The position numbers and the translations under genes are program-made. From an uncultured Holosporaceae bacterium (GTDB taxonomy: Bacteria > Pseudomonadota > Alphaproteobacteria > UBA3830 > CASESI01): a stretch of DNA of 64,000 bases. Below are positions 18,016 through 27,801 of the stretch, piece after piece; within the stretch, counting starts at the first letter, position 1, and every line of letters starts with the position of its first letter. The stretch is from contig CASESI010000022.1 in the NCBI GenBank assembly GCA_949290705.1, positions 199,921 to 263,920 of the forward strand, read 5' to 3'. The notes beneath the pieces are model-generated. The model was given only the letters and a program-made list of their open reading frames with translations, made no database searches and had not been told where the DNA came from.

Positions 18016-18756
18016 TTAATAGTATATCTTGTGCAAATATAACCCGTCTGGAGAAATTGTTGGAGCTGATAAGTTTCTGTTTTTTGCTTCCATAACATAA
18101 TTCAAATATTCCAGCGAAAATTTCCCAATTGCAACATAAATCATAGCCCCTACCATATTTCGTACTTGGTGGTGCAAAAACGAGTTAGCGTTAAATTTTA
18201 TCACAATAGCATCAGTGTATTGCTCTCTTTCGATCTGAACATCATAAATGGTTTTTATAGGAGATTTGCTTTGGCATTTTATACTTTTAAAACTTGAGAA
18301 ATCATGCGTACCAATAAAAATTTTTGCTGCTTGTTCAAGCAAAGCAATATCCATAGGGAACTTTTCATGATGATATAAATATTTCTGAAAAGTGAGTATA
18401 GGATGGCGATTTATAATTTTATATATGTATGACCTGCTTTTCGCAGAACTGATCGAGTGAAAATCATTTGGGACTTTCTCTATGTCATTCACAACAACAG
18501 GTAAATTATTCACATTATTATTTATACACTTTTGGAGGTTATACGGATCTAAGTTCTTATCACTTGAAAAATGTGCAACCTGTTCGATTGCGTGTACACC
18601 GGCATCTGTTCTTCCAGCCCCTATAATTTTTGTATCACATTTTGTAAAAACAGATATGGCATCTTCGAGAGTTTTTTGAACAGAAATTCCATTATTTTGT
18701 CTTTGCCACCCACAAAAGAAATGCCCGTTGTATTCTATTTTCAATTTATATTTCAT
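18016..18756 (-). CDS. truA: tRNA pseudouridine(38-40) synthase TruA
   Basis: 246 aa with the catalytic motif GAGRTDAGVHA. Confidence 0.93.
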   Translation of the reverse strand: MKYKLKIEYNGHFFCGWQRQNNGISVQKTLEDAISVFTKCDTKIIGAGRTDAGVHAIEQVAHFSSDKNLDPYNLQKCINNNVNNLPVVVNDIEKVPNDFHSISSAKSRSYIYKIINRHPILTFQKYLYHHEKFPMDIALLEQAAKIFIGTHDFSSFKSIKCQSKSPIKTIYDVQIEREQYTDAIVIKFNANSFLHHQVRNMVGAMIYVAIGKFSLEYLNYVMEAKNRNLSAPTISPDGLYLHKIYY

Positions 18757-18823
18757 TTGAGTTCGATTTTACCACGTATTTCGAAATCTTGCTTTTGTTA
18801 TGTATTAATAATATAATCTTGTC

Positions 18824-19048
18824 ATGGAAAATATTGAAAATCTCTCGTTTGAAGAAGCATTAAAGGAACTTGAAGGAATAATAAAATTACTTGAAAAGGG
18901 GGATTGCGAAATCGAAAAAGCAGTTGAATATTACGAAAAGGGTAGTCTCTTACGGGAACATTGTGAGAAAAAATTAAATAGTGCAAAAGAAAAAATTGAA
19001 ATTATAAATAAAATCTCCGTAGCAGATTACGTTGAACCTTCCTCGTAG
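18824..19048 (+). CDS. xseB: Exodeoxyribonuclease VII small subunit
   Basis: 74 aa. LSFEEALKELEGIIKLLEKGDCEIEKAVEYYEKG is typical of XseB. Confidence 0.85.
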   Translation: MENIENLSFEEALKELEGIIKLLEKGDCEIEKAVEYYEKGSLLREHCEKKLNSAKEKIEIINKISVADYVEPSS

Positions 19049-19075
19049 GATAATAGATAAATTTCAGGTGAATTT

Positions 19076-19372
19076 ATGGATGTAATTATAGTGCCTTTTT
19101 TAAATCTTGTGATATCGATATTAGGTATGTTACAGTTTTTACTTGTTGTGTCTGTTATAATGAGTTGGTTAGTATTTTTTAATATTTTAAACATTCGCAA
19201 TAATTTTATAAGACTTACACTTGAATGGTTAGACGCATTATTCGAGCCGATGCTTAGCAAAATTCGTATGATTTTACCAAGATTTGGAATTGATATCTCC
19301 CCAATAATTCTTATATTGCTGATTTCATTTTTACAAGGTGTCATTATAAGATTGTTAATGAAAATATCTTAA
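19076..19372 (+). CDS. YggT family membrane protein
   Basis: 98 aa with two hydrophobic segments. The pattern ...VIMSWL...P...L...P..G.D.SP is consistent with YggT. Confidence 0.75.
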   Translation: MDVIIVPFLNLVISILGMLQFLLVVSVIMSWLVFFNILNIRNNFIRLTLEWLDALFEPMLSKIRMILPRFGIDISPIILILLISFLQGVIIRLLMKIS

Positions 19373-19403
19373 CATTGTACAAGTATTCATATATATTAAA
19401 CTG

Positions 19404-20237
19404 ATGATAAATGAGAAGATTTTAGACGGAAGATTAATTGCTGGCCGCATATATGAAAAAATCTCTGCAACAATTAAGACAAAACATTTACAACCAAAAC
19501 TATCAATAATCCAAGTTGGAAACAATTCTGCGAGTAATATTTATGTAAACAAAAAGCTACGCATAGCAAAAGAGCTTGGAATTTCAGCAAATCTATACAA
19601 ATTCGATATTGATGCCAAAAAAGATGAAATAATCGATAGGATCGAAAGATGCAACCAAGAATATTCTGGGACTATTGTGCAATTACCTCTTCCAAACCAT
19701 TTGGATTCATCTGAAATAATAAATAACATACATCCTGACCTTGATGTTGATGGATTAACAATTGTGAACCAAGGGTTGTTATTTAATGGCCATCCAAACA
19801 TTTGTCCTTGCACACCACTTGGGGTTGTGACGTTGCTTAAAAATTATAATATAGACATTTTGGGAAAACATGTTGTAATTGTTGGAAGGTCCAATCTTGT
19901 CGGAAAACCTTTGATGCAAATGATGTTACATGAAGATGCTACTGTTACACTTTGTCATTCGAAAACCAATAATTTAAAAGATATTACCTCCTCTGCTGAT
20001 ATATTAATCTCTGCGACTGGATGTGCGAAATTTATCAAACGCGATTTTGTAAAAGAAAATGCGATTGTTGTCGACATAGGAATTAGTTATGTAAATAATA
20101 AAATCTCCGGAGATGTAGATTTCGATGATGTGTTTCAGAAAGTATCAAAGATAACACCTGTTCCGGGCGGAGTTGGGCCAATGACCGTTGCAATGCTTAT
20201 GTATAATACAATGAAAGTCGCAGAAAACTTTGCGTGA
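19404..20237 (+). CDS. folD: Bifunctional methylene-THF dehydrogenase/methenyl-THF cyclohydrolase FolD
   Basis: 277 aa. Motifs QLPLP, VVIVGRSNLVGKP and PVPGGVGPMTVAML are present. Confidence 0.95.
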   Translation: MINEKILDGRLIAGRIYEKISATIKTKHLQPKLSIIQVGNNSASNIYVNKKLRIAKELGISANLYKFDIDAKKDEIIDRIERCNQEYSGTIVQLPLPNHLDSSEIINNIHPDLDVDGLTIVNQGLLFNGHPNICPCTPLGVVTLLKNYNIDILGKHVVIVGRSNLVGKPLMQMMLHEDATVTLCHSKTNNLKDITSSADILISATGCAKFIKRDFVKENAIVVDIGISYVNNKISGDVDFDDVFQKVSKITPVPGGVGPMTVAMLMYNTMKVAENFA

Positions 20238-20432
20238 TCATTCCCAATTCACAACTTTATAGGAATATAGATTTAACTTTTCCCTTTTCCTGTTAGCCAA
20301 CTCAATCAATTCTTGTGGAGTTAGGTATAGATTGCGTACGATAAATTTTTTTTCTTTTTCATCAAAACGTAGATCATTAAACCCGTAATTTTGCAAAAAC
20401 AAAATCACATCTCTATAAAAATCTTGTTCCAT
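20238..20432 (-). CDS. Small hypothetical protein
   Basis: 64-aa ORF filling the gap between the DD-carboxypeptidase gene and folD. No family recognised. Confidence 0.4.
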   Translation of the reverse strand: MEQDFYRDVILFLQNYGFNDLRFDEKEKKFIVRNLYLTPQELIELANRKREKLNLYSYKVVNWE

Positions 20433-20496
20433 TTTCGAGTAGCACTTCCACGCAGTATAATATGCTTTTTTAACCTTGTCAAGTTGTTTTTAGATA

Positions 20497-21756
20497 TTAA
20501 ATTTCGCCTAACAAGATATATTTGATACCATTTACAAATCTTACGAATATATTAGCTTTTTCTATTGTCTTATCAGCATACAAATCGTATGTATTTGATT
20601 CGTTATCCAATTGTATTTTCAAGACGCCTATTTTATCGCCTTTTTTCACATTTTGTAAAGGCCTGTTGTACGTAATATAACACTTTATTTTGTTCAAAAA
20701 TTTTCTGTCAAGAGACATAACAATATCCTCGTGCAATTCTGCACCAACAGATTTTTCTGTGCCATTTACAACAATCATATCTTTAATTTTTTGATGTTTT
20801 TTAAATAACACATAATTACCAAAATTTCTTTCCGCAAATGTAAACAAGCGCAGAGCATCTTCCCGCCTTTCTTTCTCGTTCTTTGCACCATTAATCACCA
20901 AAAATAACCTACGTTTAGGATCGGACGTACATCTGTACGTTGCGGCTATTCCGTATCCACCAGCATTCGTATGACCAGTTTTTATACCGTCTACATTCTT
21001 GTTTCTGAGCATCAAGTCATTGTATGTACTTTGTTTTATCCTATTATGAGAGAATTTTTTTTGGGAAAACCTGTCATTAAATGTTGGAAACTTTTTCCAT
21101 AAATTTATTGCAAGCAACATAATATCATATGCTGAGGAAAAGTGATCTTGATCCGGCCATCCTGTACAATTGTTAAAATGTGAATCTTTCATCCCTAGTT
21201 CAGACGCATACTCTTGCATAAGATCCTTAAATGCTGTTTCTGACCCAGCAATATTCTCGGCAACAGTTATTGCGGCGTCATTACCAGAAACAACCACAAT
21301 TCCATTTATTAGATCATTAATCGAAACTTTCTCGCCAGATGCTAAAAACATCTTCGATCCTTGTTTATTATGAGCATAGTTACTTACATTAAACACATCA
21401 CCTAATTTCAATTTCCCAGAATCAAGATAATCAAACAAAACGTAAAGTGTCATCATCTTTGTCATCGAAGATGGATACATTTTTTGCTTTTCATTTTTAC
21501 ATAACAAAATAGTATTCGTAACACCATCAACCAATATAAATTCCTTTGATCCTGTTATAATTCTCGACGTATTGTAGTAACCCTTAATGAAATTGGAATA
21601 ATTTATAGAAATATTTTCATTTCCCAAATCAGAATTTGAATTGGTATTAGCATCATCTGTCGTTTCTTCGTTTATACTACTTACAATTTTATTATCAACA
21701 GAATACTCGCAAAAAAATGCAAAACAAAACAATGTAAAAAGTACTATTTTTCTCAT
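20497..21756 (-). CDS. D-alanyl-D-alanine carboxypeptidase (PBP5/6, S11 family), copy 1
   Basis: It has SMTKMMT (SxxK), SGND (SxN) and KTGHT (KTG). The internal Met13 start gives the signal peptide MRKIVLFTLFCFAFF. Confidence 0.9.
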   Translation of the reverse strand: MRKIVLFTLFCFAFFCEYSVDNKIVSSINEETTDDANTNSNSDLGNENISINYSNFIKGYYNTSRIITGSKEFILVDGVTNTILLCKNEKQKMYPSSMTKMMTLYVLFDYLDSGKLKLGDVFNVSNYAHNKQGSKMFLASGEKVSINDLINGIVVVSGNDAAITVAENIAGSETAFKDLMQEYASELGMKDSHFNNCTGWPDQDHFSSAYDIMLLAINLWKKFPTFNDRFSQKKFSHNRIKQSTYNDLMLRNKNVDGIKTGHTNAGGYGIAATYRCTSDPKRRLFLVINGAKNEKERREDALRLFTFAERNFGNYVLFKKHQKIKDMIVVNGTEKSVGAELHEDIVMSLDRKFLNKIKCYITYNRPLQNVKKGDKIGVLKIQLDNESNTYDLYADKTIEKANIFVRFVNGIKYILLGEI

Positions 21757-21809
21757 ACTGACGATTATAAAATCACAGAAAGTAAAAATCAATAAATTAA
21801 CTATTTATA

Positions 21810-22943
21810 TCATTTTAAGTTTATTACAACAGATGTTATATCATCAAACTGTTTCGTATTATTAGCAAAATTTTTAACATCTTCGTTGATGGCATTTACA
21901 ATTTTTTCGGATGAGTAATCTTTCATGGAATATAGTAAATTATTCAATCTGTAATAGTCATATTCTTCATTTTTTTCATTAATAGCTTCCACAACACCAT
22001 CTGTATAAAGCACTATATATGAATCTTCTGGAACATAAACTTTTTGTAGTACAAAATCAAAATCATTAACTATCCCAAGAGCTATATTATTGTTTGATTT
22101 TAAAAACAAAGGATATTCATTTTTACTTACAATTATCGGAGATAAGTGCCCACAATTTATGAAATAAAAATTCCTGCTTTTTATGTCTATCATACCGTAT
22201 ACGCACGTTACAAACATGCTTGTATGATTGTCTTCATTAAGAGATTTATTAACATTATAAATACATTCAATTGGATTTTTAAAAATTTTAGCAAAAGATT
22301 TAATCAGAATTTTCGACATTGTCATGAATATAGCGGCAGAAATATTTTTTCCAGAAACATCTGCTATCACAACACCAACTTTATCATCATCTATTTTGAA
22401 AAAATCATAAAAATCTCCACCAACATCATTCGCGGGAATATTAGAAGCATATATATCTAAATTAGAATATTTAAAATGATTATTTGGAAGGATACTTTTT
22501 TGCAATTCTCCAGTAACGGATAATTCTTTCGAGATATTTGAAAATTTTGATTGAGTTTCTAGATTATTTTTCGCACTTTCAGATTTTGTTAATGCATTTT
22601 TTATTACTATTTCGATATCTGCAAAATCAAACGGTTTCACTATAAAATCATTCGCCCCAGCATTAATAGCAAGACGCAAATTTTTTAAATCTCCATATAA
22701 AGAAATAACAACTATTCTTTGAAAGGTAATTAATGTAGTTAATTTTTCAATTAAAGTTATGCCATCATACTTTGGTAAACTGGTCTCCGTTATTATTAAG
22801 TCTATGCCTTTGACAGTATTAAATTTCATAATAGCGTCTTCGCCATCATAAGCAGCAATGAATTCGTATTTACCACAAAAATAGCTATTCAACAACTCTA
22901 TTGTGTCCTTGTTATTGTCAACTATTAAAATTTTCGAATTCAT
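21810..22943 (-). CDS. Receiver-domain / PP2C (SpoIIE-type) phosphatase fusion
   Basis: 377 aa. The N-terminal REC fold (KILIVDNN, DFIVKPF) carries Glu at the phospho-acceptor position (IITETSLP). PP2C motifs GGDFYDF, ADVSGKN, TDGVVEA and FDDITSVV are present. Confidence 0.85.
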   Translation of the reverse strand: MNSKILIVDNNKDTIELLNSYFCGKYEFIAAYDGEDAIMKFNTVKGIDLIITETSLPKYDGITLIEKLTTLITFQRIVVISLYGDLKNLRLAINAGANDFIVKPFDFADIEIVIKNALTKSESAKNNLETQSKFSNISKELSVTGELQKSILPNNHFKYSNLDIYASNIPANDVGGDFYDFFKIDDDKVGVVIADVSGKNISAAIFMTMSKILIKSFAKIFKNPIECIYNVNKSLNEDNHTSMFVTCVYGMIDIKSRNFYFINCGHLSPIIVSKNEYPLFLKSNNNIALGIVNDFDFVLQKVYVPEDSYIVLYTDGVVEAINEKNEEYDYYRLNNLLYSMKDYSSEKIVNAINEDVKNFANNTKQFDDITSVVINLK

Positions 22944-22983
22944 GTTAAAATACTACTATTGATTATTTTATTTTTAGTTAACA

Positions 22984-23688
22984 ATGCGAGAAATTGTACT
23001 TGATACCGAAACAACAGGACTTAACCCTGAATCAGGAGATAGAATCGTCGAAATTGCCGCACTTGAAATTGAAAATAGGCTTCCAACCGGGAAATATTTT
23101 CAATGCTATATAAATCCTGATGGAAAAGAAATGAACCCAGAGGCTGAAAGAATCACAGGAATAACAAACGATTTTCTTGCGGATAAACCTTTATTTAAGG
23201 ATGTCGTATTCGACTTTTTGGATTTTATAAAAAACGATCCTTTAATAATACACAATGCAAAATTCGATGTGAAATTCCTTAATTATGAGTTAAATATTTT
23301 TGGATCATTCGGTGTTGAAATTTCTATGGATAGGTGTGTTGATACACTTGAAATTGCACGACGACAATTCCCAGGAAGTCAGGTAAATTTGGATGCACTT
23401 TGCAAACGATTTAATGTGGACAATTCAAAAAGAGATCTTCATGGAGCATTGATAGACTGTGAATTACTTGCTGGAGTGTATATGTACCTTATGGGGGGTC
23501 CACAGGGAGCGCTTTTTGCGGACAATAATTCTTCAACAAACACAACTCAACAAAATAACAATGAACATGCGTCAAATGTTATAGATTTATCACAATATAA
23601 AAAGAGGAAGTGGGAAGTGCCTGAATCGGAACTTTCTGCACATAATGATTTTATTAATTCATCAATAAAAAATTTTATATGGAAATAA
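22984..23688 (+). CDS. dnaQ: DNA polymerase III epsilon subunit (3'-5' exonuclease)
   Basis: 234 aa with Exo motifs VLDTETTG, HNAKFD and HGALIDCELLA. Confidence 0.93.
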   Translation: MREIVLDTETTGLNPESGDRIVEIAALEIENRLPTGKYFQCYINPDGKEMNPEAERITGITNDFLADKPLFKDVVFDFLDFIKNDPLIIHNAKFDVKFLNYELNIFGSFGVEISMDRCVDTLEIARRQFPGSQVNLDALCKRFNVDNSKRDLHGALIDCELLAGVYMYLMGGPQGALFADNNSSTNTTQQNNNEHASNVIDLSQYKKRKWEVPESELSAHNDFINSSIKNFIWK

Positions 23689-23696
23689 TTGAAATA

Positions 23697-25493
23697 TCAT
23701 ATTAATTCGTCTAACCGTTGATATAATTCGTATTGTAATAATTTGAAATCTGTTGTTAAATTTTTTATGTCTTGTTTTAGTTGTTTTGCTTGCTGATAAA
23801 AATCATTGCTATTTGTATTATCTATTAATGATTTTATTTTTTCTTTGAATTCGTTCCCCAAATTAATTTTTTCATTAAATATATCACGAGCTTTTTCCAA
23901 GTTTATGTAAAATAAAAACTCATGTTCTAGCTTAACTTGTTTTAAATCTTCAAGCATCCTCATTTCATATTTATAGTCATATACTCTATTTTCGGCATAT
24001 CTTTTTATACGTTTAATCAATTCATCTTTTGTAATTTTATGATGATCAAACTCTTCTAATATAAACTCAACACCACTCAAATTACATTGCAATGTATCAC
24101 ATTTCAATGATTTAATTTTTTTCGTTTTATCATTTTTTACAAAAAGCTTTAATACTGACGTTAATAGATCCCTCTCTCCGGAGCACTTATCAAATGTACC
24201 AATAATTCCAAGGTAAGTAATAGTATTATTTATTAAATTATTACGTACAGCTAGTTCTGAACAGTTATTGATGACATCAGAAGAGAAACTCATAAAAAAG
24301 TCAAACTGTCGCTCTACAGGAAGATTTACGTGTTGCATTTGTTCTTCACATTTTTTAAACACATTGTAAAACTTTTTCCATCGTTCTTCTATGACCGTAT
24401 CATTTTTACGTTTTTGAATTTGTTCATCATTTAACCCCAAAAATTTAAAATAATCTGATTTAATTGTTTCATCAGGAGTATCCAAAATACAACCTAAACA
24501 ATTTGAGTACCACACACCATTTGCCCTTTTCGCATTATCATGTAAACTTACTTCAGAGTACGGATTTATAAATAATTTTTTTTCAAACTCAAATATTCCA
24601 ACAACTTCTATTAATTCAATAACCCTATAAAATTCACCAAATATTTCTTTGTATAGGTGATTACTGTAAAATGCATCGTTCATCCCCAATAATTTTTTTA
24701 AAAAATCATTATGTATATCGATAATGTCACCATTCTTACAAAAAACATCATATTCTTGGGATTTGTCGTTTTTATTGTTGTCATTAATAAGTTTTTCACC
24801 AAAAATGAATAAAAAGATTATATGCCCCATTTCATGCATTAGTGACATAGTATCAACTAGCCATTTTTTTCCATTTTCACCATACAATGGAATAGTTATT
24901 TCGTAATTACCCTCTTTATCTTTGCCGTTACACATTACCCCTCTTGCTGTATAATAATACTTAGATGATGATGACAAAGACATAATGAATGGTTTATGCA
25001 ATTTTTTGTTCGTTGTAATATCAATCACTTTTGTAAATAAATCTATTTTTTGAAGTATTTTATTATCACGATTTTCTAAATATAAATCTTTAATACCATT
25101 AAAAATTCTTTCCTTTATTATTGTAGTAACTGCCTCATCTTTTATTACCTCTGAATGTTCATTTAACTTTGGTATTTCTTCGATTACGTTTTCCATGTAA
25201 TCATACAAGTAGTTGAATTGCACTTTATTTTCATCGTTTAGTCTTTCCTCTAAACCTTTTAAAACAGAATTTAAAGTCAAATCTTCAGATTTATTGTTAT
25301 CATTAAAAATTTTTTGATTTATCAAGTCATAGTTAAGAACTCTGACAGGAACTGTCTCACCGTTTGAACAATGGATCATGTTTTCAACTGTTATATCATT
25401 AAGGTTTATTTTTGTATTTTCAGAATTCCATCCAAAAACCATAAAAATACATAGAATAAAAAAATTGTATCCACATGTTTTTTTCATGCTCAT
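23697..25493 (-). CDS. Hypothetical secreted protein with an HExxH zinc-metalloprotease motif and a C-terminal coiled coil
   Basis: 598 aa. The N-terminus (FFILCIFMVFG) is hydrophobic. HEMGH is encoded at 24822-24836. The C-terminal ~100 aa are heptad-like. Confidence 0.6.
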   Translation of the reverse strand: MSMKKTCGYNFFILCIFMVFGWNSENTKINLNDITVENMIHCSNGETVPVRVLNYDLINQKIFNDNNKSEDLTLNSVLKGLEERLNDENKVQFNYLYDYMENVIEEIPKLNEHSEVIKDEAVTTIIKERIFNGIKDLYLENRDNKILQKIDLFTKVIDITTNKKLHKPFIMSLSSSSKYYYTARGVMCNGKDKEGNYEITIPLYGENGKKWLVDTMSLMHEMGHIIFLFIFGEKLINDNNKNDKSQEYDVFCKNGDIIDIHNDFLKKLLGMNDAFYSNHLYKEIFGEFYRVIELIEVVGIFEFEKKLFINPYSEVSLHDNAKRANGVWYSNCLGCILDTPDETIKSDYFKFLGLNDEQIQKRKNDTVIEERWKKFYNVFKKCEEQMQHVNLPVERQFDFFMSFSSDVINNCSELAVRNNLINNTITYLGIIGTFDKCSGERDLLTSVLKLFVKNDKTKKIKSLKCDTLQCNLSGVEFILEEFDHHKITKDELIKRIKRYAENRVYDYKYEMRMLEDLKQVKLEHEFLFYINLEKARDIFNEKINLGNEFKEKIKSLIDNTNSNDFYQQAKQLKQDIKNLTTDFKLLQYELYQRLDELI

Positions 25494-25553
25494 TTTTTAT
25501 AGTAAAAAAGTAAAAATTTTCTTAAAATATTAAAACATGTTAAAATAACAGTC

Positions 25554-25745
25554 ATGAAAGAAGAAAACAGGTTTTTTGCACTCGGATGTGATTTTGCCTC
25601 GTCTTTAATAGTTGGTGTCCTGATAGGAATTGGAATTGACAAGTATTTCGGGACAAAGCCTTGGTTTCTGGTAATTTTCTTCTTTTTAGGCAGTATTTCC
25701 GGAATTTTAAATGTTATCAGAACAGTAAAAAAATTTGAGAAATAG
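25554..25745 (+). CDS. AtpI/AtpZ-like small membrane protein of the F0 operon
   Basis: 63 aa with two TM helices, directly upstream of atpB, as in alphaproteobacterial F0 operons. Confidence 0.7.
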   Translation: MKEENRFFALGCDFASSLIVGVLIGIGIDKYFGTKPWFLVIFFFLGSISGILNVIRTVKKFEK

Positions 25746-25795
25746 ACTTTTTTTTAACTATTTTTTGATTTAATATTATCAATGGGAATTGTTTT

Positions 25796-26518
25796 ATGAA
25801 TCCGTTACACCAATTTGAAATACAAAAGTTGATAAATCTTAATTTGTTTGGATATGATATATCTTTTACAAATTCTGCTTTGTTTATGATGATAGCAATC
25901 TGCGGACTTAGTGCGTTGTTTTTATATTCCGCAATAAAATATCGCACAATTCCAAATAGGCTACAAGCATTGGTTGAGATATCGTATAACCTAATAGCTG
26001 GTATGGTGAATGATAATGCAGGAAAAGAAGGAATGAGATTTTTTCCTTTAATTTTCTCTGTATTTTTCTTTGTACTTGGAGGAAATTTGATCGGCATGAT
26101 TCCTTATACATTCACATACACAAGTCATATAATCGTAACTTTTGGGTTGGCAATGATGGTGTTTTTGTTTGTTACAATTTTAGGATTTGTGATTCATGGG
26201 GTTCATTTTTTCGGATTTTTCGTTCCGAAAGGAGTTTCAATATTTCTCACCCCTATAATCGTGCCTGTTGAGATAATTTCGTACCTATCAAGACCTGTTA
26301 GCCTCTCTATCCGTTTGTTTGCAAATATGATGGCTGGACATACTATGTTGAAGGTATTTGCTGGATTTTGTGTTTCTTTGGGGGTGGTTTATGGTATAGC
26401 TCCGCTTGCTATAAATATATTATTAACTGGATTTGAGATAGTGATATCTTGTTTGCAAGCTTATATATTCACAATATTAAGTTGTATATATTTAAATGAT
26501 GCAATCCATATGCATTAA
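25796..26518 (+). CDS. atpB: ATP synthase F0 subunit a
   Basis: 240 aa. The conserved LSIRLFANMMAGH motif (essential Arg) is present. Confidence 0.96.
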   Translation: MNPLHQFEIQKLINLNLFGYDISFTNSALFMMIAICGLSALFLYSAIKYRTIPNRLQALVEISYNLIAGMVNDNAGKEGMRFFPLIFSVFFFVLGGNLIGMIPYTFTYTSHIIVTFGLAMMVFLFVTILGFVIHGVHFFGFFVPKGVSIFLTPIIVPVEIISYLSRPVSLSIRLFANMMAGHTMLKVFAGFCVSLGVVYGIAPLAINILLTGFEIVISCLQAYIFTILSCIYLNDAIHMH

Positions 26519-26575
26519 GTGTTTTTTTACAATTTTTATGTTAAAATAGGTATTGATTTTTATTAAGGTGAAAAA

Positions 26576-26800
26576 ATGGATGTAGAAGCAGCTCGTTTTA
26601 TCGGTGCCGGAATAGCAGTGTTTGCTTTGCTTGGTGTCGGACTTGGTCTTGGAAATATCTTCTCTAATTGGCTTAATGCTATTGCAAGAAATCCAGAGGC
26701 AAAGGATAAACTATCAACTGTTGGTATGCTTGGCTTTGCTTTGACAGAGGCTATCGCTTTGTTTGCTTTGTTGATTGCATTTTTGATTTTGTTTAAATAA
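26576..26800 (+). CDS. atpE: ATP synthase F0 subunit c
   Basis: 74 aa hairpin with GLGxGN and the carboxylate in ALTEAIALF. Confidence 0.95.
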   Translation: MDVEAARFIGAGIAVFALLGVGLGLGNIFSNWLNAIARNPEAKDKLSTVGMLGFALTEAIALFALLIAFLILFK

Positions 26801-26821
26801 TAAATATTAGCAGGAGATAAT

Positions 26822-27256
26822 ATGCCTCAACTTGATATAAGTACTTATTCTTCTCAACTTTTTTGGTTGTTTGTAAGTTTTTTACTGTTTGTGTCAATTT
26901 GCACATTTTTCATTTTACCAAGATTTACAAAAAATCTTGATGGCAGAAAATCTATAATCGCTGATGATATTAAAAAATCTGAAATGAATAGGTATAAAGC
27001 TTCCGAGATATTATCTTCTGTTAATGAAAGATTTGATTCGCTGAAATCTGAACTTGATGATAAATTCAGAAACGAAAAAAATGAACTTTTTAAGAATTTT
27101 ATTGATAAAAAAGATAAAATAAAATCTGAAACAAAAATTAAATTAAGAAGCGCTATTGCGGAAGTTGAATCTAATGCAACAAATCTTAGAAATGAGATTT
27201 CAGAACAATTCGTCGATGATCTTGTAAAACAATTGGAATTAAAGTGTAAAAAATGA
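26822..27256 (+). CDS. atpF2: ATP synthase F0 subunit b'
   Basis: 144 aa. The MPQLD start, one TM and a long charged helix mark it as the first of two b-type genes, as in alphaproteobacteria. Confidence 0.85.
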   Translation: MPQLDISTYSSQLFWLFVSFLLFVSICTFFILPRFTKNLDGRKSIIADDIKKSEMNRYKASEILSSVNERFDSLKSELDDKFRNEKNELFKNFIDKKDKIKSETKIKLRSAIAEVESNATNLRNEISEQFVDDLVKQLELKCKK

Positions 27257-27723
27257 ATACAGCTGAATTTTGGGTTTTGTTAGCCTTTGTTTTTTTCATA
27301 ATACTTTTTGGAAAGAAGTGCTATGTAATTGTTTGCGATATGTTGGATGAATATATTAATACTGTAAAGAATGACATCAATACAGCAAAGAGATCTAATT
27401 CTGATTCGCAAAAATTATTAGATGATGCTAAAAAACAAGGTTCTGAGATGCAATCAAAAATTGATAATATGAGTGATGTGTATCAGAAGCAAACAGCTGA
27501 ATTACAAGAATTTTATAATTCATCTATAAGCAATTTTGAGAAATCTTCTGAAAAAAATCTTCAAAGCGATATCGATTTCGAAGTTGAATCTGCTAAAAAA
27601 GATTTGGTGAAGAAGATAGAAAAGGATGTAATTCTGAAATTAAAGAATAATTTTAAAAATAAAAAGTTTGATATTTCTGTCTTAAAAGATAATATTTCGA
27701 GAATAGAAGAATTTCTAAAATAA
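27253..27723 (+). CDS. atpF: ATP synthase F0 subunit b
   Basis: 156 aa with an N-terminal TM and a long charged helix. It overlaps atpF2 by 4 nt (ATGA). Confidence 0.85.
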   Translation: MNTAEFWVLLAFVFFIILFGKKCYVIVCDMLDEYINTVKNDINTAKRSNSDSQKLLDDAKKQGSEMQSKIDNMSDVYQKQTAELQEFYNSSISNFEKSSEKNLQSDIDFEVESAKKDLVKKIEKDVILKLKNNFKNKKFDISVLKDNISRIEEFLK

Positions 27724-27801
27724 CAATCATCGTAATTTCTTAAGTGGAATTTTTTGCTATATTATAATATAATCTTGGTACTTGAAATTCTGGAGTTATT
27801 G

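Noticed and set aside
25717-26097. 126-aa ORF antisense to the atpI-like and atpB genes
   Set aside because: It overlaps two conserved F0 operon genes on the other strand.
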